Positions 28,947 to 38,962 of a DNA stretch of 64,000 bases are shown piece by piece. This DNA is from an uncultured delta proteobacterium (GTDB lineage Bacteria > Desulfobacterota > Syntrophobacteria > Syntrophobacterales > Syntrophobacteraceae): NCBI GenBank assembly GCA_963808625.1, contig CAWEHK010000044.1:31939-95938 (forward strand), in the 5' to 3' direction. How positions within the stretch are numbered: position 1 is the first letter of the stretch; each line of letters starts with the position of its first letter. Made by a program: the position numbers and the translations under genes. The notes below the pieces were generated by a model that saw only the letters and a list, made by a program, of their open reading frames with translations, made no database searches and was not told where the DNA came from.

Positions 28947-29774
28947 TTAACGCGACTCGCTGCGGTTACCGGTAAATTCGGTTACCTCCTGCCACCACTT
29001 CTCATTTGGGGAAACAGGCCAGGTGTTGTGGCCGGCATTTTTGAAGACCCACAGGCGTTTGGGAGAGCGGATCGCGTCATAGAAAGCACGCGTCTGCTTA
29101 TTCGGGATGATTTCGTCGGCATCGGCCATCAGCACGGCGACGGGGTTTTTGAAGTCATTGAGGTTGGCAGCATTGTCGAAGCGGTCCTTCACCAACCATT
29201 TTGCCGGTAAGAACCAGTAAATGGACTGGGCCAGGTCAGGAAGATTGTTCCACGGTGTTATCAAGACCAGGCCATCGACCGCGAGGGATTTCTCGGAAGC
29301 CACGCCGGTTGCCACCGCACATCCCAGCGATTCGCCCCAAACGAAGAGCGGCCCGGGGAATTCTTGTCTGACCGCTCTCGCGGTGACAATGGCATCGGCA
29401 ACCAGGCTCTTCTCACCAAGCGTCCCGGTGCGCGCCCCGTACTTTGGATATTCGGCAAGAAGGACCCGGTAGCCGAGCGGTTCCAGGGCCCTCACATAAT
29501 GCATGCGGTCGTATGCGGACCCGGCGTTGCCGTGGAAGACCACGACGGTTCCTCGCGAATCGCCCGCACCGGACAATGTAATCAGTCCCCGGTAAGTCTC
29601 ATCCGCCTCGGGCCAAAGCTTCACGGGGGAGTCCTTCACCCCTTGCCGGAGTTGGGCGAGTGAATAGTTGTCAGGATAATAGAGCAGCGCATTCTGGAGC
29701 AGATACGCGCCGAGAATCGGGACCGCAAAGAAACCAAAGACGGTCATGAATAAGGTCGTCGAATTCGATGCCAT
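28947..29774 (-). CDS. alpha/beta hydrolase (Bem46/ABHD13-like)
   Basis: FHGNAG, GESLG nucleophile, DEIIP, AGHN. Confidence 0.85.
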   Translation of the reverse strand: MASNSTTLFMTVFGFFAVPILGAYLLQNALLYYPDNYSLAQLRQGVKDSPVKLWPEADETYRGLITLSGAGDSRGTVVVFHGNAGSAYDRMHYVRALEPLGYRVLLAEYPKYGARTGTLGEKSLVADAIVTARAVRQEFPGPLFVWGESLGCAVATGVASEKSLAVDGLVLITPWNNLPDLAQSIYWFLPAKWLVKDRFDNAANLNDFKNPVAVLMADADEIIPNKQTRAFYDAIRSPKRLWVFKNAGHNTWPVSPNEKWWQEVTEFTGNRSESR

Positions 29775-29779
29775 AAAGT

Positions 29780-29857
29780 AGTGGTCAGTGGTCAGTGACT
29801 AGTGGCTAGTGACTAGTAGCCAGTGGTCGGTGACTTGTGATCAGTAGTCCGTGATTA
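29780..29857. repeat. 7-nt periodic tract (AGTGGTC/AGTGACT)
   Basis: About ten degenerate heptamer units, starting 5 nt from the hydrolase start codon. Confidence 0.75.
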
Positions 29858-29980
29858 GAGACTGTCCAAAAACAACTTGCACTCATTTCAGCCCTTTTTC
29901 GAACCACGAAGAACACGAAGAAATCACTTCGTGTTCTTCGTGGTAAAAGAAGGCGCTCTATTTCTGGACGCTCCCCTAGT
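29857..29980. repeat. repeat family A copy
   Basis: Inverted match to 6463-6600. Confidence 0.75.
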
Positions 29981-30011
29981 GCTTGGTGATGCGTGCTGCC
30001 GCAATCACTCC

Positions 30012-30419
30012 TCAAGGATTCCTGGGCTCACCTTGCTTCTCCAGTTCCATGCGCTGGATGACATCGAAAAAACGGTCAGCCTCCTCGATACTCTTGAAGA
30101 TGGGCACGTGGCGCAGGCTGTTGGCAATTTCGAAGACGCGGGCGACCTGCGGCTGCAGCTTCGTCAAAACAACGCTGCCGTTTTGTGCCTTGATCGCCTC
30201 TCTGGCCCTGAAGATCGCGCGCAGTCCCATACTGCTTATGTATTCCAACGCCTCCATGTCGAAGGTCACCAGTTGTACGCCGTTTGACAGCAGTTCGGCG
30301 AGCTTCTCTTCGAATTGAGGGTAGGTGTTGGAATCGAGCCTTCCACCCACGGCGACCAGATAGAAGCCTTCCCTCCGCTTCTCTGTGGTGATCGTCAGAG
30401 ACATGAGCCCCGCCTCCAT
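30012..30419 (-). CDS. STAS-domain anti-anti-sigma factor
   Basis: GRLDS, LEYISSMGLR. Confidence 0.88.
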   Translation of the reverse strand: MEAGLMSLTITTEKRREGFYLVAVGGRLDSNTYPQFEEKLAELLSNGVQLVTFDMEALEYISSMGLRAIFRAREAIKAQNGSVVLTKLQPQVARVFEIANSLRHVPIFKSIEEADRFFDVIQRMELEKQGEPRNP

Positions 30420-30439
30420 TGCCGCACCGGTGAAAGGAT

Positions 30440-32140
30440 TTATCCCGCCTTGCCCGCATTCATGACCTTTGCCCAGGTGTCGCGAAGGGTCACCGTGCGG
30501 TTGAACACCAGGGCCCCCGTGCGGGAGTCCTTGGTGTCGACACAGAAATACCCCAGCCTCTCGAACTGGTACGAGCTGCCCGGAGCCGCTTCGGCCAGAC
30601 CAGGCTCGACGTAGCAGGGTTTCAGCACCTGCAGGGAGTGGGGATTGATGAAGGCGCGAAAGTCATCGCCCTCTTTATCGTCGCTGGGATTGGCCTTGGT
30701 GAACAGGCGATCGTACAGACGCACCTCCACTTCCACGGCATGGGCAGCCGAAACCCAGTGCAGGGTCGCTTTGACCTGGCGGCCGTCGGGGGCCCCGCCG
30801 CCTCGTGTCTCGGGGTCGTAGGTGCAGCGCAGTTCTTCGATTTCACCCGTGTCCGGGTTCTTCACCACGCCCACACATTTGATGAAATACGCATACCGCA
30901 GGCGGACTTCGCGGCCAGGCGCCAGGCGGTAGAATTTGGACGGCGGTTCTTCCATGAAATCCTCGCGCTCGATGTAGAGCACCCGCGAAAAAGGCACCAT
31001 CCGCGAACCCATGGCAGGGTCTTCCGGGTTGTTCACCGCTTCCAGCTCTTCCACCAAACCTTCCGGATAGTTCTCGATCACCACGCGCAGGGGACGCAGG
31101 ACCCCCATCACCCGCGGGGCGCGCTTGTTGAGGTCCTCACGCACGCAGTATTCGAGCAATTGCACATCAACCAGGCTGTCGGCCTTGCCCACTCCGATGC
31201 GTTCGCAGAAATTCCGGAGGGCCTCAGGGGTGTAACCCCGCCGGCGAATTCCGGCCAGCGTCGGCATGCGCGGGTCATCCCATCCGGTCACATGCCCTTC
31301 GGCAACCAATTTCAGCAGCTTGCGCTTGCTCAAAACGGTGTAGCTGAGGTTGAGCCGGGCGAATTCGATCTGCTGCGGATGATAGATGCCGAGTGCGTCA
31401 AGGAACCAGTCATAGAGGGGACGATGATCTTCATATTCCATGGTGCAGATGGAATGGGTGATTCCCTCGAGGGAATCCGACTGTCCGTGAGCGTAATCGT
31501 ACATGGGGTAAATGCACCACTTGTCTCCGGTCCGATGGTGCGATTCCTTCTTGATCCGGTAGAGGACGGGATCACGCAGGTTCAGATTGGGCGAAGCCAT
31601 ATCGATTTTGGCGCGAAGCACGCAGGCGCCGTCTTCGAACTCACCGGCCCGCATGCGCTCAAAGAGATCGAGGTTCTCGGCAATCGAACGGTTGCGATAG
31701 GGGCTCTCTTTGCCGGGTTCGGTGAGGGTGCCCCGGTAGTCCCTGATTTCGTCCGCACTCAAGCTGTCCACATAGGCTTTGCCGGCCTTGATCAGTTGCA
31801 CGGCCCACTGGTAGAGCTGCTCGAAATAGTCGGACGCGTAGTACAAGCGATCGGCCCAGTCAAATCCCAGCCAGTGAACATCCGCCAGGATCGATTCGAC
31901 ATATTCGATGTCTTCCTTGCTGGGATTGGTGTCGTCGAACCGAAAGTTGCACAGCCCGCCAAATTCTGCAGCCAGGCCGAAGTTCAAACAGACGGATTTG
32001 GCATGGCCAATGTGCAGGTACCCGTTGGGCTCGGGAGGGAATCGGGTCATTACCCGTCCGCCGAATTTGCCGGACCGCATATCCTCTATAACGATATTCC
32101 GAATGAAATTGGGTGGAGGCGTAAATTCCGTTTTCGTCAT
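30440..32140 (-). CDS. glnS: glutamine-tRNA ligase
   Basis: [31 protein letters not shown]. Confidence 0.97.
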   Translation of the reverse strand: MTKTEFTPPPNFIRNIVIEDMRSGKFGGRVMTRFPPEPNGYLHIGHAKSVCLNFGLAAEFGGLCNFRFDDTNPSKEDIEYVESILADVHWLGFDWADRLYYASDYFEQLYQWAVQLIKAGKAYVDSLSADEIRDYRGTLTEPGKESPYRNRSIAENLDLFERMRAGEFEDGACVLRAKIDMASPNLNLRDPVLYRIKKESHHRTGDKWCIYPMYDYAHGQSDSLEGITHSICTMEYEDHRPLYDWFLDALGIYHPQQIEFARLNLSYTVLSKRKLLKLVAEGHVTGWDDPRMPTLAGIRRRGYTPEALRNFCERIGVGKADSLVDVQLLEYCVREDLNKRAPRVMGVLRPLRVVIENYPEGLVEELEAVNNPEDPAMGSRMVPFSRVLYIEREDFMEEPPSKFYRLAPGREVRLRYAYFIKCVGVVKNPDTGEIEELRCTYDPETRGGGAPDGRQVKATLHWVSAAHAVEVEVRLYDRLFTKANPSDDKEGDDFRAFINPHSLQVLKPCYVEPGLAEAAPGSSYQFERLGYFCVDTKDSRTGALVFNRTVTLRDTWAKVMNAGKAG

Positions 32141-32486
32141 CCGATGGGCTCCCTTCTCGCACAGCAGTGGGTTCTCGGTAAATTAGACTTATCAAAGCCT
32201 GCGGTTAAAGATATTATCACATTGTTGCCGGCAACGCTACTAATCGAGCTGGACGAAATACCCTGTAAATTCGTCTGGGCGCCGTGCGGCGGGTGGTTAA
32301 AAAAGCTAACCGGAGACCGGCGAGACTATTTTTGCCATAACAAGCACTATGCCATGTCGGGCCATTATGTTTCTGACCATTTTCTTTTGCCAAGCGGTCG
32401 CAAAAGTGATAAGAAGACCGCCCGGAAATGGCGAAACATGGGGAGTATGGCTCTGATGAGCCCATATTGAAAAAGAGTGTGAGTAT

Positions 32487-32519
32487 GGGAGTTGCCCTTC
32501 GACGGAGACTCCCTTTTTT
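32487..32519 (+). terminator. intrinsic terminator-like hairpin immediately upstream of the caspase gene
   Basis: GGGAGT...ACTCCC followed by T6. Confidence 0.5.
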
Positions 32520-32565
32520 GCTTTTGGAGCTTGAATGATGAGAAAAGCGCTATTTCTTCAAGGTC

Positions 32566-34215
32566 TTGGGTTGCTGCCTGGTAGGTCTATGCCTCGCAGG
32601 TTTCTCGTACGCGGATGACCGTGGGCTGAAATTGAATACCGGAGAAAGCTCGAGAGGGCAGCCGGAACAGCGCGTGGCCCTCGTCATCGGCAATGGGGCG
32701 TACGAATCGGCGCCGTTGCGAAATTCTCCGAATGACGCCCGGACCATGGGGGCGGTCCTGCGGGAACTCGGATTCGATGTTGTCGAAAAGGAGAACCTTA
32801 CGCAGAAAGAGATGAAAAAGGAAATTCAAGCGTTTGGGCAAAGACTCCTGAAAGGGGGCGTGGGCCTCTTTTACTACGCCGGCCACGGGATGCAGGTCAA
32901 TGGCCGCAATTATTTGATCCCGATGGGGGCGCAGATCGAACATGAAAAGCAGGTCGAGTATGAAGCCGTGGACGTCGGGGCGGTGCTGGCAGAGATGGAC
33001 AACGCCAGAAATCGCCTCAACATCGTGGTTCTGGATGCCTGCCGCGACAATCCGTTCGCCCGCAGCTTCCGTTCGGGCGCCCAGGGCCTGGCTTCCATGA
33101 ATGCGCCAAGCGGCACCCTCATTGCCTATGCGACGGCCCCCGGTTCCGTGGCCAGCGACGGCCCGGGTGAAAATGGCATCTATACGGGAGCGCTCATCAA
33201 GACGATGGCGATCCCGGGCGTCAAAGTCGAGGACGTATTCAAACAGGTGAGGTCGGCGGTGCGTGAGGAAACTCAGGGGCGGCAGGTCCCCTGGGAATCG
33301 TCGTCCCTCGAGGGGGATTTCTATTTCAAAGCTCCAATGCCGGTAGCAGCGCCGGCACCCGCTCCGGCGCCCGTTCCGGAGCGAACCGCCAGCGTTGCAC
33401 CCGCGCAAGCGTCTCGCAGTGAGAGCGCAGCCCGAACCTTCAAGACCTGGAAAGAGCCGATCACCGGTATGGAGTTTGTGTGGGTCCCGGGCGGCTGTTT
33501 CCTGATGGGGAGCCCCCAAACGGAAGGTGGCCGGGACCCGGATGAGGGTCCCGTGCACGAAGTCTGTGTGGATGCCTTCTGGATGGGAAGGACCGAGGTG
33601 ACCAACGCTCAGTACACCACCTTCCACAAAGGCCACACCAGCAAGGCCTTTCAGGGCGTCTCGCTGAATGGTCAGAACCAACCCGTGGTCTACGTCAGCT
33701 GGGAAGATGCCGACAGCTTTGCCCAATGGCTGACCACTCAGAACGGCGGGCAGAATAAATTCAGGCTCCCGACCGAAGCGGAATGGGAGTATGCCTGCCG
33801 GGCTGGGAGCGAAACCTCCCGTTATTGGGGGGATGATGCCAACCGGGGCTGTGAATTTGAAAATGTCGGCGACCAGACGGCGAAAAAACTATGGGCGTGG
33901 GAAGATGTGCACGGCTGTGATGACGGCTATGGTGGGACGGCTCCCGTCGGCACCTTTCAACCCAATGCCTTTGGCCTCAGTGATATGCTGGGGAATGTCT
34001 GGGAATGGTGTCTGGATGTCTACAGCGTTGACGCCTATATCAGGCACGAACATAACAACCCCGTGTATAACAATCAGAGCGGCGGCACCGACCGGGTAAT
34101 CCGCGGGGGATACTGGCATGCCGGACCGGACAGTGTACGCTGCGCTGATCGCGGCAGTGGTTTTCCCAAAGCCATGAACGATGATCTGGGGTTTCGCCTG
34201 GTGAGGGAACCTTAG
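32566..34215 (+). CDS. secreted caspase-like (peptidase C14) plus FGE-sulfatase domain protein
   Basis: RVALVIGN, YAGHG and LDACRDNPF dyad; Pro-Ala linker; RLPTEAEWEYACRAG, DMLGNVWEW, GFRLV. True start may be ~32535 (possible indel). Confidence 0.88.
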   Translation: MGCCLVGLCLAGFSYADDRGLKLNTGESSRGQPEQRVALVIGNGAYESAPLRNSPNDARTMGAVLRELGFDVVEKENLTQKEMKKEIQAFGQRLLKGGVGLFYYAGHGMQVNGRNYLIPMGAQIEHEKQVEYEAVDVGAVLAEMDNARNRLNIVVLDACRDNPFARSFRSGAQGLASMNAPSGTLIAYATAPGSVASDGPGENGIYTGALIKTMAIPGVKVEDVFKQVRSAVREETQGRQVPWESSSLEGDFYFKAPMPVAAPAPAPAPVPERTASVAPAQASRSESAARTFKTWKEPITGMEFVWVPGGCFLMGSPQTEGGRDPDEGPVHEVCVDAFWMGRTEVTNAQYTTFHKGHTSKAFQGVSLNGQNQPVVYVSWEDADSFAQWLTTQNGGQNKFRLPTEAEWEYACRAGSETSRYWGDDANRGCEFENVGDQTAKKLWAWEDVHGCDDGYGGTAPVGTFQPNAFGLSDMLGNVWEWCLDVYSVDAYIRHEHNNPVYNNQSGGTDRVIRGGYWHAGPDSVRCADRGSGFPKAMNDDLGFRLVREP

Positions 34216-34431
34216 TAAAGCCTGGCGAAGAAGTGTCCAAGACATGTGTACGCGCAGGCTTTCCAGCCGGGAATGCCAGGGAACCGGCCACGGGCAGGCT
34301 GGAAAGCCTGCCCCACAAATGATGGCTCTCCGCGGAAACCTCGTTAGTGATAAGAGCCTTCAAGGGAAAAGGTCAAGCGCATCTGCGGAAGCAAAGAAAA
34401 CGACTTCTTTGAGCACGCTGAGGAGGAAGAA

Positions 34432-35148
34432 ATGATGCGTCGAGATCGCGAGGTGAAGGGATTGAAAAGGGTGTTGCGAAACTGCGGATTTGTGCTGTTG
34501 CTGGCAACCCTGGTCTCGTGGCCGGCGGGCGCCTGGGGTGCGGGGGCAAAGGCGAAGATCAAATTCCGTTGGGCCTTCGGGGCCATACGTCAGAGTGAGA
34601 CCGACCTCAAACTTGAAACCATTGGCAGCAACTCCGTGCTGAAAACGGGAGACCAGCTCAAGATGATGGTTGAGCTGGAGAGTGCAGGTTTTGTTTACGT
34701 GGTCCATCACAGCGCTCAGGATGAAATCAAGCTGTTGTTTCCTTATTCCCTGAAACAGCTTGCGACCGATTATCAGCAGCACCGGAAATATTACATCCCC
34801 GAGGGTGACCGGTGGTTTGAGCTCGATCAGCATACCGGCCGTGAGACCTTTTACCTGCTGGCATCCGAGCAGCGGCTGGAAGGTCTCGAAAGGCTTTTCG
34901 AACAATCTGAAAAGGCTGATGCATCCAGGAAAATCGAACTCTCCAGGCAGATTCTGGATGAAATCCGCAACGTCAAGAGAGAACATCGCGAATTGGCCGG
35001 CGCAGCCGAGCGTCCGGAAACCATCGGCGGGGCCGTCCGCGGGTTCGAGAAGGCGCAGGGGATGAACCGTCCCGACATTGCCGTCATCGCCAGTGAGATC
35101 TCCGCTCCGGGCTTTGTCGCGAGGACGTTCACCATTGACCACCAGTAA
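34432..35148 (+). CDS. secreted DUF4384-like protein
   Basis: Signal peptide, L.TGD.LK, FVYVVH, LLFP, WFELD..TG.ETFYLLAS. Confidence 0.7.
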   Translation: MMRRDREVKGLKRVLRNCGFVLLLATLVSWPAGAWGAGAKAKIKFRWAFGAIRQSETDLKLETIGSNSVLKTGDQLKMMVELESAGFVYVVHHSAQDEIKLLFPYSLKQLATDYQQHRKYYIPEGDRWFELDQHTGRETFYLLASEQRLEGLERLFEQSEKADASRKIELSRQILDEIRNVKREHRELAGAAERPETIGGAVRGFEKAQGMNRPDIAVIASEISAPGFVARTFTIDHQ

Positions 35149-35156
35149 TGTGAAGT

Positions 35157-35212
35157 AATGGATGTTGATGGTTGATGGTTGATGGTTGAATGGTTGATGG
35201 TGGATGGTTGAG
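35157..35212. repeat. 7-nt periodic tract (GTTGATG)n
   Basis: Direct heptamer repeats; complementary tract at 37236-37323. Confidence 0.8.
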
Positions 35213-35228
35213 TTTGATCACCAATAAC

Positions 35229-37184
35229 ATGAAGCAAGAAACGAAGGTCACGGCGTTTTTGGTCGTGGCCGCGTTTGTTGCAGCACACCTGTGCCTCTGG
35301 CTCATGCCGGGGGTGTTCGGACCGTGGAATGCGCAGATGATCGACCGGCTCTATCGCTTGCGCGATGCCGTCGAGCATCTCCGACCTGCCTACAATGGAA
35401 CGGTGGTTCATGTCGATATCAACAACTCGGCGATCCAGCAGCTGAACAACTACTACCTCAACCGCTCTCACTATGCCCGGGTGGTGCGAAACCTTGCCGA
35501 GATGGGTGTGGCGATCCAGGCTTACGACTTCATCTTTGCTTCCCGGCTCAACGCTCAGGACGATCAGACCTTGATCGATGCTACCGCTGCCGCGGGCACG
35601 GTCTATTTTGGTCTCGCTTTTTTGCTCTCCCCTAATAATCCCGCCGGCCAAATGAAAAGCACTGTGAACGAGGCCGTTTATCAGTATCTCGATCGCACGA
35701 AATGGCCGCTCGAGGTCATCGGCGATTCTTCCCTGCTGTATTTCGGAAAAGATCCGCTGACGACCTTCATTCCCCTGGCCTCCGCGGCAAAGGGCCTGGG
35801 CTTTATCAACATCAAACCCGATGCGGATGGGGTCTTTCGTCGGGTTCCCCTCCTGGTGAGATATGGTGACGGGTGCTATCCGAGTTTTGCTCTGAGGACC
35901 GTATGCGACGCCCTCGGGGTTTCCCCGGGGAAGATTGTCGTAACGCCCGGCAACAACATCACCCTGAAGGATGCGAGGCAGCCGGGAGGGGTGAGCCATG
36001 ACATCACGATCCCTATTGATGAGCGTGGCAACATGCTGGTCAATTTCATTGGTCCGTGGGAACGGATGAAGCATTACAATTTTGCGGAGATCTACGATGC
36101 TTCGGAAGCACCGGATGAAATGGAAATCTGGACGGAAGAACTCAAAGGGAAAATCGCCCTCATCTCTGACGTCTCAACGGGCTCATCCGACCTGGGTCCG
36201 GTGCCGACGGACCAGAGTTTTCCTCTAAGCGGCCTGCACGCAAACGCCATCCATACGATGCTCACGGAGGAATTTCTGCGGGAAGCGTCAGGAATGGAAA
36301 TGATGGTGGCCGAGCTGTTGTTGGCAGCAATTATTCTGATTTTGTCTTTGCGCTTTGCCGGGCATTTTTTCCCCATCAACATGGTTGCCCTGGCGGCGGG
36401 ATATCTGGTCGTTGCAGCGTTGTGTTTCCTGAAGGCTCGATTGGTCATGGGCGTTATCGGCCCACTCCTGATCGTGTTTTTTGCAGGGGTCCTCGTCACG
36501 GCCTATCGCTATTTCATTGGGGCAAAGGAAAAGGAGGTTCTCAGAAGGACCTTCGAGGCGTATTTCCCGCCTCTGGTGGTAAAGAAAATCGTGGCCAATC
36601 CGGGGTTCCTCGCGTTGGGGGGGCAGAAGAAGGAATTGACGATTCTCTTTAGTGATATCAAGGACTTTACGACGCACTCGGCGGACCTCACCCCGGCTCA
36701 GATTCAGCACTTCCTCAATGAATATTTCGAGGCGATGGTTGAGGTGGTTTTCCGTCATCAGGGGACCGTCGATAAGTACATTGGCGATGGTCTGATGGTT
36801 TTTTTCGGGGACCCGGAACCGCAGCCCGACCATGCTTTGAGGTGCGTGCGCACGGCCATCGAGATGCAAAAGAAAACCGCTGAGCTGAGAGCGAAATGGC
36901 AGGAGAGCGGCGGTTTTCCCATTGCCATTCGCATCGGGATCAACACCGGGGAAGTCGTGGTGGGGAATATGGGTTCCGCGCGGCGCCTGGCCTATACCGT
37001 GCTGGGCTCGGCGGTCAACCTGGCGCAGCGACTCGAAACAAACGCCCCGGTCGGGGGGGTCCTGATTTCCGAGCGTACGTATGACCTGGTCAGGGAAGAG
37101 GTCCCGGCGCGTCCGGTGGGACCGCTCAAGGTCAAAGGCCTCGAGACCCCGATCAGCGCCTACGAGGTGCTCCTGGAGGCATGA
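35229..37184 (+). CDS. CHASE2-domain class III adenylate/guanylate cyclase
   Basis: PDADGVFRRVPL, TM helices, ILFSDIKDFT, DKYIGDG, RIGINTG, VNLAQRLE. Confidence 0.9.
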   Translation: MKQETKVTAFLVVAAFVAAHLCLWLMPGVFGPWNAQMIDRLYRLRDAVEHLRPAYNGTVVHVDINNSAIQQLNNYYLNRSHYARVVRNLAEMGVAIQAYDFIFASRLNAQDDQTLIDATAAAGTVYFGLAFLLSPNNPAGQMKSTVNEAVYQYLDRTKWPLEVIGDSSLLYFGKDPLTTFIPLASAAKGLGFINIKPDADGVFRRVPLLVRYGDGCYPSFALRTVCDALGVSPGKIVVTPGNNITLKDARQPGGVSHDITIPIDERGNMLVNFIGPWERMKHYNFAEIYDASEAPDEMEIWTEELKGKIALISDVSTGSSDLGPVPTDQSFPLSGLHANAIHTMLTEEFLREASGMEMMVAELLLAAIILILSLRFAGHFFPINMVALAAGYLVVAALCFLKARLVMGVIGPLLIVFFAGVLVTAYRYFIGAKEKEVLRRTFEAYFPPLVVKKIVANPGFLALGGQKKELTILFSDIKDFTTHSADLTPAQIQHFLNEYFEAMVEVVFRHQGTVDKYIGDGLMVFFGDPEPQPDHALRCVRTAIEMQKKTAELRAKWQESGGFPIAIRIGINTGEVVVGNMGSARRLAYTVLGSAVNLAQRLETNAPVGGVLISERTYDLVREEVPARPVGPLKVKGLETPISAYEVLLEA

Positions 37185-37235
37185 ACCTCACCCATTCCTG
37201 GTGGGCAAGATAAAGCGCTGTGCCCACCCTACAAT

Positions 37236-37323
37236 ACTGACCACTATCAGCCATTACCTATCACCCATCAACCATCAACTATCAACCATCAACCATTAAC
37301 TATCAACTATCAACTATCAACTG
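37236..37323. repeat. 7-nt periodic tract (ATCAACC/ATCAACT)n
   Basis: Heptamer repeats between converging cyclase and usp genes. Confidence 0.8.
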
Positions 37324-37327
37324 CCCC

Positions 37328-37780
37328 TCACACCTGCCGGTAGGGGTTGATCGTCAGAACGGGGGCGGGGGACTTCTGGACGACCTGGGTGGCGACGCTG
37401 CCGAACAGGATACGATCAAGCCCCTTCCTGCCGTGAGTGCCCATTATGACCAGATCGATTTTTTCCGACGCAATGTACTTCAGGACCTCTTCCGCCGGAT
37501 CGCCCTGCACGACAAAGGTCTTCAGCTTCGGGTATTCACTGAAAAACTCTTCCACGAATTCTTTCAGCTTCTTCTGGCCGCCCTTGAGCACTTCATCGCC
37601 AAAGGTCTGGATAGATGGATGGGGGATGTAAAAGGTCTTGAATTTCTCAAAACTGCCGGCCACAAAAACGAGGTGGACCTCGGCATTGAACTTTTGAGCC
37701 ATGACGATGACGTCCGGGGCAAGCTTCGAAGAGACTTCGGAAAGATCAACCGGATACAAAATCTTTTTGATGTCTTTCAT
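37328..37780 (-). CDS. universal stress protein
   Basis: KKILYPVDLS, DLVIMGTHGRKG...FGSVA. Confidence 0.92.
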   Translation of the reverse strand: MKDIKKILYPVDLSEVSSKLAPDVIVMAQKFNAEVHLVFVAGSFEKFKTFYIPHPSIQTFGDEVLKGGQKKLKEFVEEFFSEYPKLKTFVVQGDPAEEVLKYIASEKIDLVIMGTHGRKGLDRILFGSVATQVVQKSPAPVLTINPYRQV

Positions 37781-37976
37781 AGCACATTCTCCTTTCTTTT
37801 TCTAAATGCCCGAAGGGATAGTGAATTACGTGTGTCTTGTCATTGAGAGCTTTCCGTCCCCGTGGGAAATGCCGTGTGAGACGAAGGCGTAGAACCGTCG
37901 CAAGCTCATGCAGTAAATGTCAATCCCTACAATTTATATAAGCTGAATCGCGGTTTATGTCAATTCGGCGGCGAGC

Positions 37977-38744
37977 TCATTGTGATTCCCGAATGACCAA
38001 TCCTTCCGTATGTTCCTTGCGATTGAATTCGGAGGCAAAGCGCAGGGCTTCCTCACGGTTTTGAAAGAACCCGATCAAGACGCGGTTCCATCGGCCACTG
38101 CCGCTCAGGTTAAGAGTCTCGATGCGCGGTGAGTAGCCTTTGGCTCGGAGTTGCTCGACCAGTTTTTGGGCATTATCGGCGTCTTTCAGGGAAGAGACCA
38201 GCAGCGTAAAGTGCTCGGAGGCCGTCGCCGGCGGCCTTGGCTCCGGCGCTGGGGCTTGCAGTGAGGGAGGGCCTCGCGGGTCCTTGGATGGTTGGGGCTG
38301 CTCTCCCGGTGCCTTCGTTTTTGGACCGGGAGTCTCCGGTGTCGGTTGTTTGGGTTGCGTCGTGGGCATGGTCGGCAAAGGCCTTAAAGTAGGAGTGTTG
38401 GGCGCGTCGCCCTGGGTCAGGTCCTTGTAGTAGTCAAGGGCCTGGAGCATTTCTTGGGGACTGCTAAAGGTTTCCGCAGTCTCGGGCTGAGGTTGTCGCA
38501 CTACTTGCTTTCCCAGGCCGAGAAAGCGCATTAAATGAGCACTCAAAGAGATTTCATCCGAACTGACGAGGGGAATTCCTCTTCCGATGAGGATTCCAAA
38601 AACGAACATCCAGGCAAGCGCCACAAACAAACCGAAGGCGTAAAAGAACACCTCCTTGAAACCGAGTTCTATCCGGTAACGCTTCGGTTTCTTGACCGGT
38701 TCGTCCTGGTCGGTGTTGATGTCGTTTGTCTCCTGACGAGCCAT
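37977..38744 (-). CDS. SPOR-domain (FtsN-like) membrane protein
   Basis: N-terminal TM helix, Pro-rich linker, C-terminal SPOR; directly downstream of argS. Confidence 0.8.
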   Translation of the reverse strand: MARQETNDINTDQDEPVKKPKRYRIELGFKEVFFYAFGLFVALAWMFVFGILIGRGIPLVSSDEISLSAHLMRFLGLGKQVVRQPQPETAETFSSPQEMLQALDYYKDLTQGDAPNTPTLRPLPTMPTTQPKQPTPETPGPKTKAPGEQPQPSKDPRGPPSLQAPAPEPRPPATASEHFTLLVSSLKDADNAQKLVEQLRAKGYSPRIETLNLSGSGRWNRVLIGFFQNREEALRFASEFNRKEHTEGLVIRESQ

Positions 38745-38763
38745 TGCGCCGCTACCTCATCAA

Positions 38764-38961
38764 TTCTTTCTTCTGACTTCTGACTCCTGTCTTCTGTTCT
38801 TCTCATCTTCTGCTCCTCTTTTCAATCATCCACGAAGTCACACGAAGGACAACGAAGTCACACGAAGGAATGATTTACTATTCTGTCTTCTGACCTGACT
38901 CTCGTCTCCTGACTCCTGACTCCTGACTTCTGTCTTCTGTCTCCTGACTCCTGACTCCTGT
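38764..38961. repeat. 7-nt periodic tracts (CTCCTGA/CTTCTGT) flanking CACGAAG repeats
   Basis: Fills the argS-SPOR intergenic region. Confidence 0.75.
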
Positions 38962-38962
38962 A

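Noticed and set aside
32425..32470. Hammerhead-like words CGAAAC and CTGATGAG
   Set aside because: Stem III would be only 2 bp and only 5 nt are available for stem I, so the core cannot form.
30638..32470. Long antisense ORFs (610 aa over glnS; also 39101-40654, 40768-41871, 45940-47409)
   Set aside because: Shadow frames opposite high-GC housekeeping genes with no recognisable motifs.
33440..34215. Diversity-generating retroelement targeting the FGE domain
   Set aside because: No adenine-variant duplicate of the 3' end and no reverse transcriptase in the window.
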